A DNA stretch of 64,000 nt from an uncultured SAR86 cluster bacterium (GCA_902566305.1 CACFIK010000005.1:10779-74778); one strand, 5' to 3'. Positions 9,474 through 17,688 are shown, numbered from the stretch's first letter. The notes: generated by a model from the sequence alone, not told the origin. A program made the numbers and translations.

Positions 9474-10331
9474 ATGACAAATGTAGAACACGTGGTTCTG
9501 AGTGACGGACGAAAACTGGCCTATGAGCAATTTGGCGCAGAGAATGGTGTGCCGGTTATCTACAACCACGGTTGGCCTTCATCCCGTTTAGAATGTCGCC
9601 ATTTAGTACCAATTGCTGAAAAAACTGGTGTTAAATTGATCTCAGTTGACCGGCCAGGGATGGGCGGGTCAGATTTCCAGCCGAATCGTGCCCTTCTGGA
9701 TTGGCCGAATGATATTTCTCAACTCGCTGATCACCTGTGCCTCGACAAATTTCATATCTTGGGTGTATCAGGTGGGGGTCCTTACGTATCAGTCTGCGCT
9801 TACAAGATTCCAGAGCGTTTGTTAGGCGCAGCGATAATTGCTGGTGTTACTCCGATGACTAACCCTCGCACAAAACACGGAATGAGGATGATGAACCGCA
9901 TTTTACTGAATGTGGGGAAACCGGCGCCCTGGTTGCTCAATTGGTTTATGAAATACATGCAAAATGTGGCCAACGACACTGAAAAGTTAAAGAGAGCGTT
10001 AAGTGATCTTCCAGAGGTAGACAAGCAGGTGATGACAGGAGATACAATCGATGAGTTAGCCGAGTCGGCGCAGGAATGTCTCCGACAAGGGACCGCAGGA
10101 GCGACGCAAGACGGTCGCATCTATGCCCTACCATGGGGGTTCGAGCTCAATCAAATCGACATACCCGTTACCGTCTGGCAAGGCTCGCTGGACGTCAATG
10201 TCCCGCTGTCCAACGGCCAGATCCTGGCAGAGTCCATTCCTAACGTATCTTCCAATTTTATAGATGGAGAAGGACATTTTTCTATACTGATTAACCATGG
10301 CGAAACGATGTTGACCGAGTTAATCGGTTGA
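9474..10331 (+). CDS. Alpha/beta-fold serine hydrolase, compositionally foreign
   Basis: 285 aa. HG oxyanion motif (YNHGWPSS), nucleophile elbow GVSGGG, C-terminal GEGHF. Hand counts: 30/60 and 38/60 G+C in lines 9481-9540 and 10081-10140, versus 12/60 in 9061-9120. Confidence 0.85.
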   Translation: MTNVEHVVLSDGRKLAYEQFGAENGVPVIYNHGWPSSRLECRHLVPIAEKTGVKLISVDRPGMGGSDFQPNRALLDWPNDISQLADHLCLDKFHILGVSGGGPYVSVCAYKIPERLLGAAIIAGVTPMTNPRTKHGMRMMNRILLNVGKPAPWLLNWFMKYMQNVANDTEKLKRALSDLPEVDKQVMTGDTIDELAESAQECLRQGTAGATQDGRIYALPWGFELNQIDIPVTVWQGSLDVNVPLSNGQILAESIPNVSSNFIDGEGHFSILINHGETMLTELIG

Positions 10332-10355
10332 CGCCACTATAATGACAAATATCAT

Positions 10356-10373
10356 ATACAAAGTTAATACAAA
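10356..10373 (+). repeat. Tandem heptamers ATACAAA-GTTA-ATACAAA (site 2)
   Basis: Same 7-4-7 layout as site 1. Again exactly 46 nt before the core (copy C). Confidence 0.85.
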
Positions 10374-10380
10374 CTTTTTT

Positions 10381-10405
10381 GAAACCCCTTTAAATAAAGG
10401 GTTTC
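10381..10405. other. Inverted repeat GAAACCC(C)TTTA-AA-TAAAGGGTTTC in the cassette-2 tail
   Basis: Imperfect 25-nt palindrome ending 14 nt before core copy C. The T-run precedes rather than follows it, so it does not look like an intrinsic terminator. Confidence 0.6.
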
Positions 10406-10419
10406 AGAGGGTATTACTC

Positions 10420-10434
10420 ATTGAGTGGGAATAA
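10420..10434 (+). repeat. Core copy C: ATTGAGTGGGAATAA
   Basis: 14/15 match to the guaA end. The single change GAG to GAA is synonymous, so it still reads I-E-W-E-stop. It is followed by AAC then the ATG of the next gene. Confidence 0.85.
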
Positions 10435-10437
10435 AAC

Positions 10438-12447
10438 ATGAAATATAGATCAGAAATTGATGGTCTAAGAGCGCTGGCAGTTTTGCCGGTAATTCTTTTT
10501 CATGCCGGCTTTGAGTGGTTTAGAGGTGGTTTTATAGGCGTGGACGTTTTCTTTGTGATTAGCGGCTATTTGATTACAACCATAATTATTTCTGAGATTG
10601 TTGAGGGTAAATTCAGTATTGTTAATTTTTATGAGCGTCGAGCCAGAAGAATACTACCCGCTTTATTTTTTGTCATGGCTATCTGCATACCCTTTGCTTG
10701 GCTGTGGCTTACACCAAATGACCTTAGAGATTTTGGACAGAGTCTTATTGCAGTATCCACATTTTCTTCCAATATTCTTTTTTGGTTAGAAAGTGGTTAT
10801 TTTGATACCGCTGCAGAACTAAAACCATTGCTTCATACTTGGAGTTTGGCTGTTGAGGAGCAGTTCTATATTCTTTTCCCTATTTTTCTAATCCTTACTT
10901 GGCGCTTGGGAGTTAAGTGGGTTTTAATTTTTCTATCATTACTATTTTTTATTAGTTTAGGAATCTCTTATTGGGGTTCTTACAACTCTCCTTCTGCTGC
11001 TTTCTTCCTACTTCCAACAAGAGGTTGGGAATTACTTGTTGGTGCTTTTGCTGCCTTTTACCTCAAGGCTAATAATCACCTGAATTCTCTTAATGTAAAT
11101 CAAACTTTTAGTTTGCTAGGTTTTGGAATGATTATTTATTCAATTATAGCGTTTGATAAAACTACTCCTTTTCCTGGCTTGTTTGCTTTAATCCCTACAT
11201 TTGGAACGGGTCTAATAATTCTTTGTGCTGTTCCAAAAACTTTTGTTCACAAACTACTAAGTCTAAAGATTATTGTTGGAATTGGATTGATTTCCTATAG
11301 CGCTTATTTGTGGCATCAGCCCTTATTGGCATTTGCGAGGCATAGATTTTTGGGTGATGTTTCAGAATTATTTTTAATTACCCTGTGTTTTATCTCATTC
11401 GCCATGGCATGGTTTAGTTGGAAATTTGTTGAGTCTCCTTTTCGAAAAAAATCAATATTCAAAAGAAAAAGTATCTTTGTTATGTCCGCGTTAATGGGTG
11501 TAATTTTTTCCGTATTAGGACTTTTTCTTCATATGAATGTTACTACCCCTTCTAAATTTGATTTCTATGGGAAAGAAATATCAATACCAGATAAGTATGG
11601 AGGAATTATTGATAACAAAAGGAAATGTTCTTTTCCTGACTTAATTTCTAAAGAAAAACCTTGCGAAATTTTTGGAGGCGGTGAATTAGGTGACTTAGTA
11701 ATCATTGGCGACTCACATGCCAGAGTCTTGTCTGAATCATTTTATTCTTCTGTCGGTTACTTTAATTCACTTATCGACTTAACAGCTTCAGGTTGTCCTT
11801 TTCTTATAGATTCAAATATTTACATTGGCAAAACTTTGAATTGCTCTAGCGACTACCAGCTTGCCAGACAAAAAATCTTGACAGAACGGCGCAATAGCAC
11901 TGTGGTTTATCAGGCCCGCTTACCATTGTATTTCTATGGTAATGGATTTGATAATGGCAATCCTGGCGGTAATGAGATAAGAGCAAAAGTAAGGGTTACT
12001 GGTAAAAAATCTTTTTCTAATGTTGAGGAAGAGCGTCGATATTTTCTCGAAAGTCTCAAAAATTCAGTGGGATTTATAGCAAAAAATAACAACATGCTTT
12101 TTATTATTTTGCCTTCTTTCAGCAATGGATGGGATCCAATAGATAGACTTTTCGCATTGGAAACACAAGGATTTTCGTTACAAGAAGCGAAGGATTACCT
12201 CGCTATTCAAAAGAAAGTTGTTGATCAACGAGTTGATCATTTAAGAGAAGAATTAATTTCGATATCTAAGAATTTTGATAATGTAATAATAGTTGACCCA
12301 AACAAATTTGTTTGCTCAATAGATTTTTGCTCCCCATTGAGTAGTGAGGATGAATTGCTTTTCACTGACGCAGATCATTTCTCTTTAAAAACTAACGATT
12401 TAATTTTCAATGAAGTACTTAAATCTATGGAATCTTTAAAAAGATAA
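10438..12447 (+). CDS. Acyltransferase-3 family membrane O-acyltransferase with C-terminal SGNH domain (OafA-like)
   Basis: 669 aa. N-terminal EIDGLRALAVLPVILFHAG block, about 10 TM segments, C-terminal SGNH block IIGDSHA. Confidence 0.85.
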   Translation: MKYRSEIDGLRALAVLPVILFHAGFEWFRGGFIGVDVFFVISGYLITTIIISEIVEGKFSIVNFYERRARRILPALFFVMAICIPFAWLWLTPNDLRDFGQSLIAVSTFSSNILFWLESGYFDTAAELKPLLHTWSLAVEEQFYILFPIFLILTWRLGVKWVLIFLSLLFFISLGISYWGSYNSPSAAFFLLPTRGWELLVGAFAAFYLKANNHLNSLNVNQTFSLLGFGMIIYSIIAFDKTTPFPGLFALIPTFGTGLIILCAVPKTFVHKLLSLKIIVGIGLISYSAYLWHQPLLAFARHRFLGDVSELFLITLCFISFAMAWFSWKFVESPFRKKSIFKRKSIFVMSALMGVIFSVLGLFLHMNVTTPSKFDFYGKEISIPDKYGGIIDNKRKCSFPDLISKEKPCEIFGGGELGDLVIIGDSHARVLSESFYSSVGYFNSLIDLTASGCPFLIDSNIYIGKTLNCSSDYQLARQKILTERRNSTVVYQARLPLYFYGNGFDNGNPGGNEIRAKVRVTGKKSFSNVEEERRYFLESLKNSVGFIAKNNNMLFIILPSFSNGWDPIDRLFALETQGFSLQEAKDYLAIQKKVVDQRVDHLREELISISKNFDNVIIVDPNKFVCSIDFCSPLSSEDELLFTDADHFSLKTNDLIFNEVLKSMESLKR

Positions 12448-12687
12448 GTTGTATTTAAAACGTTTGTGTAATTGATTCTTACTTTTGCAAACATTTTTTT
12501 TGATTTATTTCTTTTATTGTTTATTAGGCGGAGCAGTTTAAGCAATATAGATGAATATTTTTATTAATATTTATAATTTGTAAGTTTTTAGAAAATTGTT
12601 AAATCATAATTGATAAAATTATTGAAGAGACTGCATTAATAATAATCTAAAATAGACTGATTCTTTGTGTAAGGCAGGAAAATAACA

Positions 12688-13500
12688 GTGAAAAATTTTT
12701 ATCTAAAGCTTTGGAGAAGTAGATTTAATATCCCAAGACGTGCTTTTTGGAAAATTATTAGAATTTTAGTTTCAGAATTTAATTTGTACGGAATTTCAAG
12801 TGATTTCCAGAATAGTCAAATGAAAGAAATTGGGCTAATTCGCGAAGATGGCCTGGCTAAGTTGAATTATGTTTTAAAAGATGTGATGTCGAAACCATAC
12901 GATGAAAATGACGGAATGTTTTCTGAACATCTTGTTTTAATTTCATCAATTTCGGTATCTAATTTAAACATAAAGAGAGTTCTTGAGGTTGGAACACATG
13001 ATGGAAGAACTGCACTAATTCTAAGCCGATTATTCCCTGAGGCAGAAATTATTACTATCGACTTGCCGAGCGATGAAAAAAGCTTCGAAGAAACCTATAG
13101 TAGAGATAACTCAGTCAATGAGTTTACAAATAAAAGAAATAACCTAATTGCAAAAGCCGATAATATTGATTTTAAAGAAGTCAACTCTATTAGGCTATGT
13201 GAATGGGAGGAGAATTTCGATTTAATTTGGATTGATGGGGCGCATGGATATCCGGTTGTTGCTATGGATATTATCAATAGTTATAGGCTAGCAAATAAAG
13301 GAGCATTCATCCTTATTGATGATATTTGGAAGAGCGTAGATTTATCTGATGCTATGTATAAGTCTATTGGAGGAATTGAATCATTAAATATGCTTGTTAA
13401 TGCAAAACTTATTTCTAAATATTATCTTTTTCATAAGCGTCTCGGAGGTATTTTTAATTATCCTGGACAGAAGAAGTATGTTGGTTGTTTTATAAAATAA
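12688..13500 (+). CDS. Class I SAM-dependent methyltransferase
   Basis: 270 aa, GTG start. Motif I VLEVGTHDGRTAL, later IDGAH and DD blocks. Start position uncertain. Confidence 0.65.
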   Translation: MKNFYLKLWRSRFNIPRRAFWKIIRILVSEFNLYGISSDFQNSQMKEIGLIREDGLAKLNYVLKDVMSKPYDENDGMFSEHLVLISSISVSNLNIKRVLEVGTHDGRTALILSRLFPEAEIITIDLPSDEKSFEETYSRDNSVNEFTNKRNNLIAKADNIDFKEVNSIRLCEWEENFDLIWIDGAHGYPVVAMDIINSYRLANKGAFILIDDIWKSVDLSDAMYKSIGGIESLNMLVNAKLISKYYLFHKRLGGIFNYPGQKKYVGCFIK

Positions 13501-13531
13501 AAACTCAATTTAGCCCTATTAAAACTGGAAA

Positions 13532-14281
13532 GTGGAAGTAGATTTAATTTTATTTGTAGTTTTAATTTCAACTCTTTTTACAGCATTTTTATCTTCAATA
13601 TTTGGGATGCTCGGTGGTCTAATTTTAATGGGAATATTAATTAGTCTATTACCTGTTGGACCTGCTATGGTCCTTCATGGTCTTATTCAAGCAACATCAA
13701 ATGGATACAGGGCATGGATAAATAAAAAAGATATCAACTGGAAAATTATTTTAACCATCCTCATGGGAAGTATTTTTTCTTTGGTCATTTTTTATTTTAT
13801 TGCATTTGAGCCAAGTAAAATTTTAGTTCTATTTGCTTTAGGTTTTCTGCCATACCTAGCTTGGGCAGTACCAAAAGAACTTTCATTTGATATAAATAAA
13901 CCAACTACTGGAGTTTTGGCAGGAGGAGTAGTAGTGGGCAGTAATCTTTTATCTGGGACAGGTGGACCAATTTTGGATATTTTCTTTCAGAAGGTTGATA
14001 TGACAAGGCACGAGGTCGTGGCTACTAAGGCAGTAGCTCAAACATTAGGACATATCTCTAAAATACTTTTTTTTGGAATATTTGTTTCTGTAAATTTCGA
14101 AAACTGGCCAAATATTTACTTTCTTTTCATAGCAATTTTATTTTCAGTGACTGGAACTTCTTTAGGAAAGCGAGTTTTAGATATAATAGATGATAGATTT
14201 TTCTTCAGATGGACGCAGATCATTATTCTCTCTGTAGGAGCCATTTTTATTCTAAGAGCTTCATACTTATTAATTTTTTAA
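13532..14281 (+). CDS. TauE/SafE-family (sulfite exporter-like) membrane protein
   Basis: 249 aa, GTG start, about 7-8 TM segments with Gly-rich helices typical of the family. Confidence 0.6.
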   Translation: MEVDLILFVVLISTLFTAFLSSIFGMLGGLILMGILISLLPVGPAMVLHGLIQATSNGYRAWINKKDINWKIILTILMGSIFSLVIFYFIAFEPSKILVLFALGFLPYLAWAVPKELSFDINKPTTGVLAGGVVVGSNLLSGTGGPILDIFFQKVDMTRHEVVATKAVAQTLGHISKILFFGIFVSVNFENWPNIYFLFIAILFSVTGTSLGKRVLDIIDDRFFFRWTQIIILSVGAIFILRASYLLIF

Positions 14282-14335
14282 AATGGTGAATCTGAATCAA
14301 AGAATCAAAAAATCTTAATTAGTAAAAATGAAATT

Positions 14336-15412
14336 ATGAAAAATTTAAAAGATGAAATTAAGTTTCCATGCGGCCTATCTATGAAAAATAGATTTATGCT
14401 TGCTCCATTAACTAATACTCAGAGTCATGAAGATGGAGTTCTTTCAGATGATGAGTTTAATTGGTTAACTATGAGAGCGAGAGGTGGTTTTGGACTCACT
14501 ATGTCTTGTGCTTCGCATGTTCAGGCTATTGGTAAGGGTTTTCCCGGACAATTAGGAATTTTTAGCGATGAACATATAGATGGATTAAAAAAATTAACCG
14601 ATGAAATTAAATCTCACGAAAGTTTAGCCGTTGCTCAATTACACCATGCTGGAATGAGATCGCCTGAAGATATTATTAGAGAACAGCCTGTCTGTCCTTC
14701 AGATGATGAGGAGACTAACTCAAGAGCATTGACTCTTGATGAGGTCAAAAGATTAAGAGATAACTTTATTGAAGCTGGAGTAAGGGCAAAAAAGGCAGGT
14801 TATGAAGGGGCTGAAATTCACGGAGCTCACGGCTATATTTTGTGTCAATTTTTAAGTTCTGATATCAATAAGAGAGAAGACGAATATGGAGGAACTTTAG
14901 AAAACAGATCCAGAATCATTTTTGAGATAGTTGACGGCATTAGAAATGAATGCGGTTCTAAGTTTCTATTGGGAGTTAGATTATCTGCAGAAAGATTTGG
15001 AATCAAACTAGGAGAAACAAAAGAGGTTTGTAAAAAACTTATTGATACCGAAAAAATAGATTTTTTAGATATGTCACTTTGGGATTCCTTTAAAGAGCCG
15101 GTAGAGGAAGAGCACAAGGGTAAGAACCTATTGGAGCATTTTACAGAACTTGATTTTAAAGATGTTCAGTTAACGGTAGCGGGAAACATAAGGACTGGCG
15201 AGAACGTTCATGCAATACTTAATAATAAAGTAGATTTCGTAACTATTGGGAGAGCGGCTATTCTCCATCATGATTTTCCTATTAAAGTCATAGAAAACTC
15301 ATACTTTGAACCCATTGAGCTTCCAGCTCCTAGATCTCATTTAATTAAAGAGGGACTAAGCGATAAATTCATCGAATATATGGGAGCTTGGCCTGGTTTT
15401 GTGGGTGAATAA
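14336..15412 (+). CDS. NADH:flavin oxidoreductase (Old Yellow Enzyme family)
   Basis: 358 aa. APLTN block near the N-terminus and HGAHGYILCQFLS active-site block. Confidence 0.85.
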   Translation: MKNLKDEIKFPCGLSMKNRFMLAPLTNTQSHEDGVLSDDEFNWLTMRARGGFGLTMSCASHVQAIGKGFPGQLGIFSDEHIDGLKKLTDEIKSHESLAVAQLHHAGMRSPEDIIREQPVCPSDDEETNSRALTLDEVKRLRDNFIEAGVRAKKAGYEGAEIHGAHGYILCQFLSSDINKREDEYGGTLENRSRIIFEIVDGIRNECGSKFLLGVRLSAERFGIKLGETKEVCKKLIDTEKIDFLDMSLWDSFKEPVEEEHKGKNLLEHFTELDFKDVQLTVAGNIRTGENVHAILNNKVDFVTIGRAAILHHDFPIKVIENSYFEPIELPAPRSHLIKEGLSDKFIEYMGAWPGFVGE

Positions 15413-15422
15413 AGAAGTTGAA

Positions 15423-16145
15423 TTAACTTTTAAAATCTTCTGAATTTTTGAGCATGTGAGCAGGACCATGATTGATATTAATGGCGGCATTTTTACCGAA
15501 TAACATTTCTTTCTGGTAGCCAAAGTTTTTTCTATCGGTTGCTAGCGGCGCTAACTCTTCAGCTTTCTTTACGGCCAATTCTGGCAATTCTTCAAACGAG
15601 CTTGTTGCTTGAACAATCCCAGCATCAAGCGCATCAGTTCCAGTCCATCTTTTTGATAATTGAACTGTTTCATAGAAGGCATTTGCAGGAATTTTATGCT
15701 TGAATAAAGATAGCTCAGGTCTTGGAATAGATAAGCCTAGTTGCATTTCATTAGCGCATAAGAATCCTCTATCTTCTCTCATAATCCTTACATCATGGGT
15801 CAGAGCAAGCATAAATCCGGCTCCAAAAGCATGACCATTTATCGCACAAACTGTAGGTATTGGCAACGTTATAAAACGGCCCATAAGATGCATAAATTCT
15901 TTACCAAAAATATCTCTATCGCCTCCATCAGGATTACTTTTAGGATCTTGCATCCAATCAAGATCTAAACCGTTTGAAAAGAACTTAGGATTCTCAGAAG
16001 AGGTGATTAATGCTCCAGGACCTTCATCTTTTTCAATTTCATCAAGCGCTTTGGCTATTTCTCTTACAAAAGTAGTATTCCAACGATTTTCATTGGCAGC
16101 TAGATTTAAAAAATAGATTGATTCTTTTTTCTCTAGTTTTATCAC
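15423..16145 (-). CDS. Enoyl-CoA hydratase/isomerase (crotonase) family protein
   Basis: 240 aa. Crotonase oxyanion block INGHAFGAGFMLALTHDVRIM. Confidence 0.8.
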   Translation of the reverse strand: MIKLEKKESIYFLNLAANENRWNTTFVREIAKALDEIEKDEGPGALITSSENPKFFSNGLDLDWMQDPKSNPDGGDRDIFGKEFMHLMGRFITLPIPTVCAINGHAFGAGFMLALTHDVRIMREDRGFLCANEMQLGLSIPRPELSLFKHKIPANAFYETVQLSKRWTGTDALDAGIVQATSSFEELPELAVKKAEELAPLATDRKNFGYQKEMLFGKNAAININHGPAHMLKNSEDFKS

Positions 16146-16193
16146 AATATTTTTTTAATAGATTTACTTTTAAAACATCATACATAAAAAACG

Positions 16194-16211
16194 ATACAAA
16201 TTAGATACAAA
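16194..16211 (+). repeat. Tandem heptamers ATACAAA-TTAG-ATACAAA (site 3)
   Basis: Same 7-4-7 direct repeat as in the two guaA cassettes. It lies in the intergenic region 51 nt upstream of the apt ATG. Confidence 0.85.
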
Positions 16212-16262
16212 CTTTCTTTAGATGCTTTAATATCTCGTCCTAAGGAAATATAGGAGAAGGAA

Positions 16263-16805
16263 ATGAGTGATCCATTAAATTTAAAAAAACACATTAGAGA
16301 GGTCAAAGATTTTCCAATTAAAGGGATTAATTTTAGAGACATAACAAGCCTCATAGAAAATCCTGAAGCTTTTCAAACTACCTGCAAGGAATTAATAGAA
16401 GTTTCGAAAAATTTTAATGCTTCGGTCATCGCAAGCATTGAGAGCAGAGGTTTTATTTTTGCAGGCTCAATTTCTTTTGAGCTCGGACTTCCTTTTGTTC
16501 TAGCAAGAAAACCAGGAAAACTTCCTAACGAAACATTTAAAAAAGACTTTGATTTGGAATACGGGAGCACTTCTATTGAGATCCAAAAAAATACAACCTT
16601 TAAGAGCTCTGATAGGGTCGTCATTGTTGATGATTTGGTTGCAACTGGTGGAACAGCAATTGCTTGCGCAGAACTTTTGACTGAAAACTTTAAAATTAAG
16701 AAGTCAAATATTCTTATATTAGGCGTTATAGATTTGCCTAAATTAGGCGGCAGCGATCTAATTGTTAAAGAGGGATACAATATTCAGACTCTTGTTTCCT
16801 ACTAG
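16263..16805 (+). CDS. apt: Adenine phosphoribosyltransferase
   Basis: 180 aa. PRPP-binding motif VVIVDDLVATGGT. SD taggagaagg upstream. Confidence 0.9.
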   Translation: MSDPLNLKKHIREVKDFPIKGINFRDITSLIENPEAFQTTCKELIEVSKNFNASVIASIESRGFIFAGSISFELGLPFVLARKPGKLPNETFKKDFDLEYGSTSIEIQKNTTFKSSDRVVIVDDLVATGGTAIACAELLTENFKIKKSNILILGVIDLPKLGGSDLIVKEGYNIQTLVSY

Positions 16806-16859
16806 TTGGGATAAGAAAAAATACCTGCTAATCTTAATTTATTAAAACAGGAGAGAGAA

Positions 16860-17318
16860 ATGAAAATCTTTTTATCAATACTATTAGTTTTTTCAATCCA
16901 TATTTTTTCAGACGATCATAAAAAGCTTGATCCAATTATATTCATGCTAGATTTGTCAGTTAACGATGGAAAAATAAAGAAAGCAGAAAAATTTACATAC
17001 GATATTACAAAAAATGTCATGAAAATGGAGCCCGATACGGTAATTTATCAATACTATTTTGACTCAGAAGAAAAAGTCTTCCTATATGAAGTTTATAAAA
17101 GTAATGAAGCTGCCATTGAGCATGTCAAAAATTTTCGTGGTAGCAAATGGGAAAGTAAATTTGGAGAGTTATTTTCTATAGAAAATTTTGCTGTTCTAGG
17201 AGAAGCATCTAAAGACTTGAAGAAGTCTCTAGAGGGTTACACAACCGATTTTAGGTATTTAAAAGGAGGATTTCATAAGCCTGCGAAAAAGTTATCTAAA
17301 GAAATTATGAAACTTTGA
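16860..17318 (+). CDS. Secreted ABM-like (antibiotic biosynthesis monooxygenase fold) protein, tentative
   Basis: 152 aa with N-terminal signal-like segment MKIFLSILLVFSIHIFS. The LYEVYKSNEAAIEHV segment resembles ABM domains. Strong SD aggagagag. Confidence 0.45.
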   Translation: MKIFLSILLVFSIHIFSDDHKKLDPIIFMLDLSVNDGKIKKAEKFTYDITKNVMKMEPDTVIYQYYFDSEEKVFLYEVYKSNEAAIEHVKNFRGSKWESKFGELFSIENFAVLGEASKDLKKSLEGYTTDFRYLKGGFHKPAKKLSKEIMKL

Positions 17319-17343
17319 ATTATTCTCTTAAACAATAATTTTT

Positions 17344-17688
17344 ATGGAAATTGAAAACACAAGGAAATATTCCACCTATTCTGATTTCTTCCCTTTTTAT
17401 TTAAGCGAACACAGCAAAAAGAGCACTCGTCTATTGCATTATTCGGGAACCATTGGATATCAAGTCTTATTTTGGTCTCTTATCTTTAGTCAGAACTACT
17501 TATTCCTCCCTTTAGTTTTGTTAGCAGGCTATGGGCCAGCATGGATAGGTCATTTTTTTTATGAAAAAAATAAGCCAGCAACCTTTACTTATCCCCTCTG
17601 GTCGCTGATAGGCGATCATCATATGGTTTTCTTATTACTCACAGGTAGACTGAAAAAAGAACTAAAAAATGCTGGAGTAAAAGTTTAA
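17344..17688 (+). CDS. DUF962 (Mpo1-like) membrane protein
   Basis: 114 aa. HxxxxxxxxH-type N-terminal block (SEHSKKSTRLLHYSG) and WIGHFFYEKNKPATF block typical of DUF962. Confidence 0.6.
   Translation: MEIENTRKYSTYSDFFPFYLSEHSKKSTRLLHYSGTIGYQVLFWSLIFSQNYLFLPLVLLAGYGPAWIGHFFYEKNKPATFTYPLWSLIGDHHMVFLLLTGRLKKELKNAGVKV

Larger units (their letters stand above)
9434..10434 (+). mobile_element. Cassette 2 (1001 bp): GC-rich alpha/beta hydrolase ORF plus a tail ending in a guaA-like core
   Basis: Bounded by core copies B and C. Same tail layout as cassette 1. Confidence 0.5.

Noticed and set aside
9800-10134. Two antisense ORFs (106 and 62 aa) opposite the alpha/beta hydrolase.
   Set aside because: These are the expected by-product of the local high GC content (few stop codons). 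The sense-strand hydrolase has clear catalytic motifs.
10377-10396. Sigma-32-like elements TTGAAA and CCCC in the cassette-2 tail.
   Set aside because: The two elements are adjacent rather than separated by the required ~13-17 nt spacer. They are better explained as part of the palindrome.
12551-12583. Mini-ORF MNIFINIYNL in the 240-bp AT-rich gap.
   Set aside because: It is only 10 codons long, has no SD, and its composition simply mirrors AT-rich non-coding DNA.
16373-16780. Long antisense ORF (135 aa) inside apt. Similar shadow ORFs occur at 1149-1367, 1731-1937, 2056-2280, 3759-3989, 6548-7049, 7770-8362, 14845-15117, 33448-33948, 36344-36526, 36932-37213, 38177-38525, 42293-42574, 45713-46580, 56267-58363, 59431-60114, 61656-61856 and 62987-63229.
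   Set aside because: Each lies wholly within, or opposite, a gene with strong family motifs. None has recognisable motifs or start signals of its own, and all have low-complexity, shadow-like composition.
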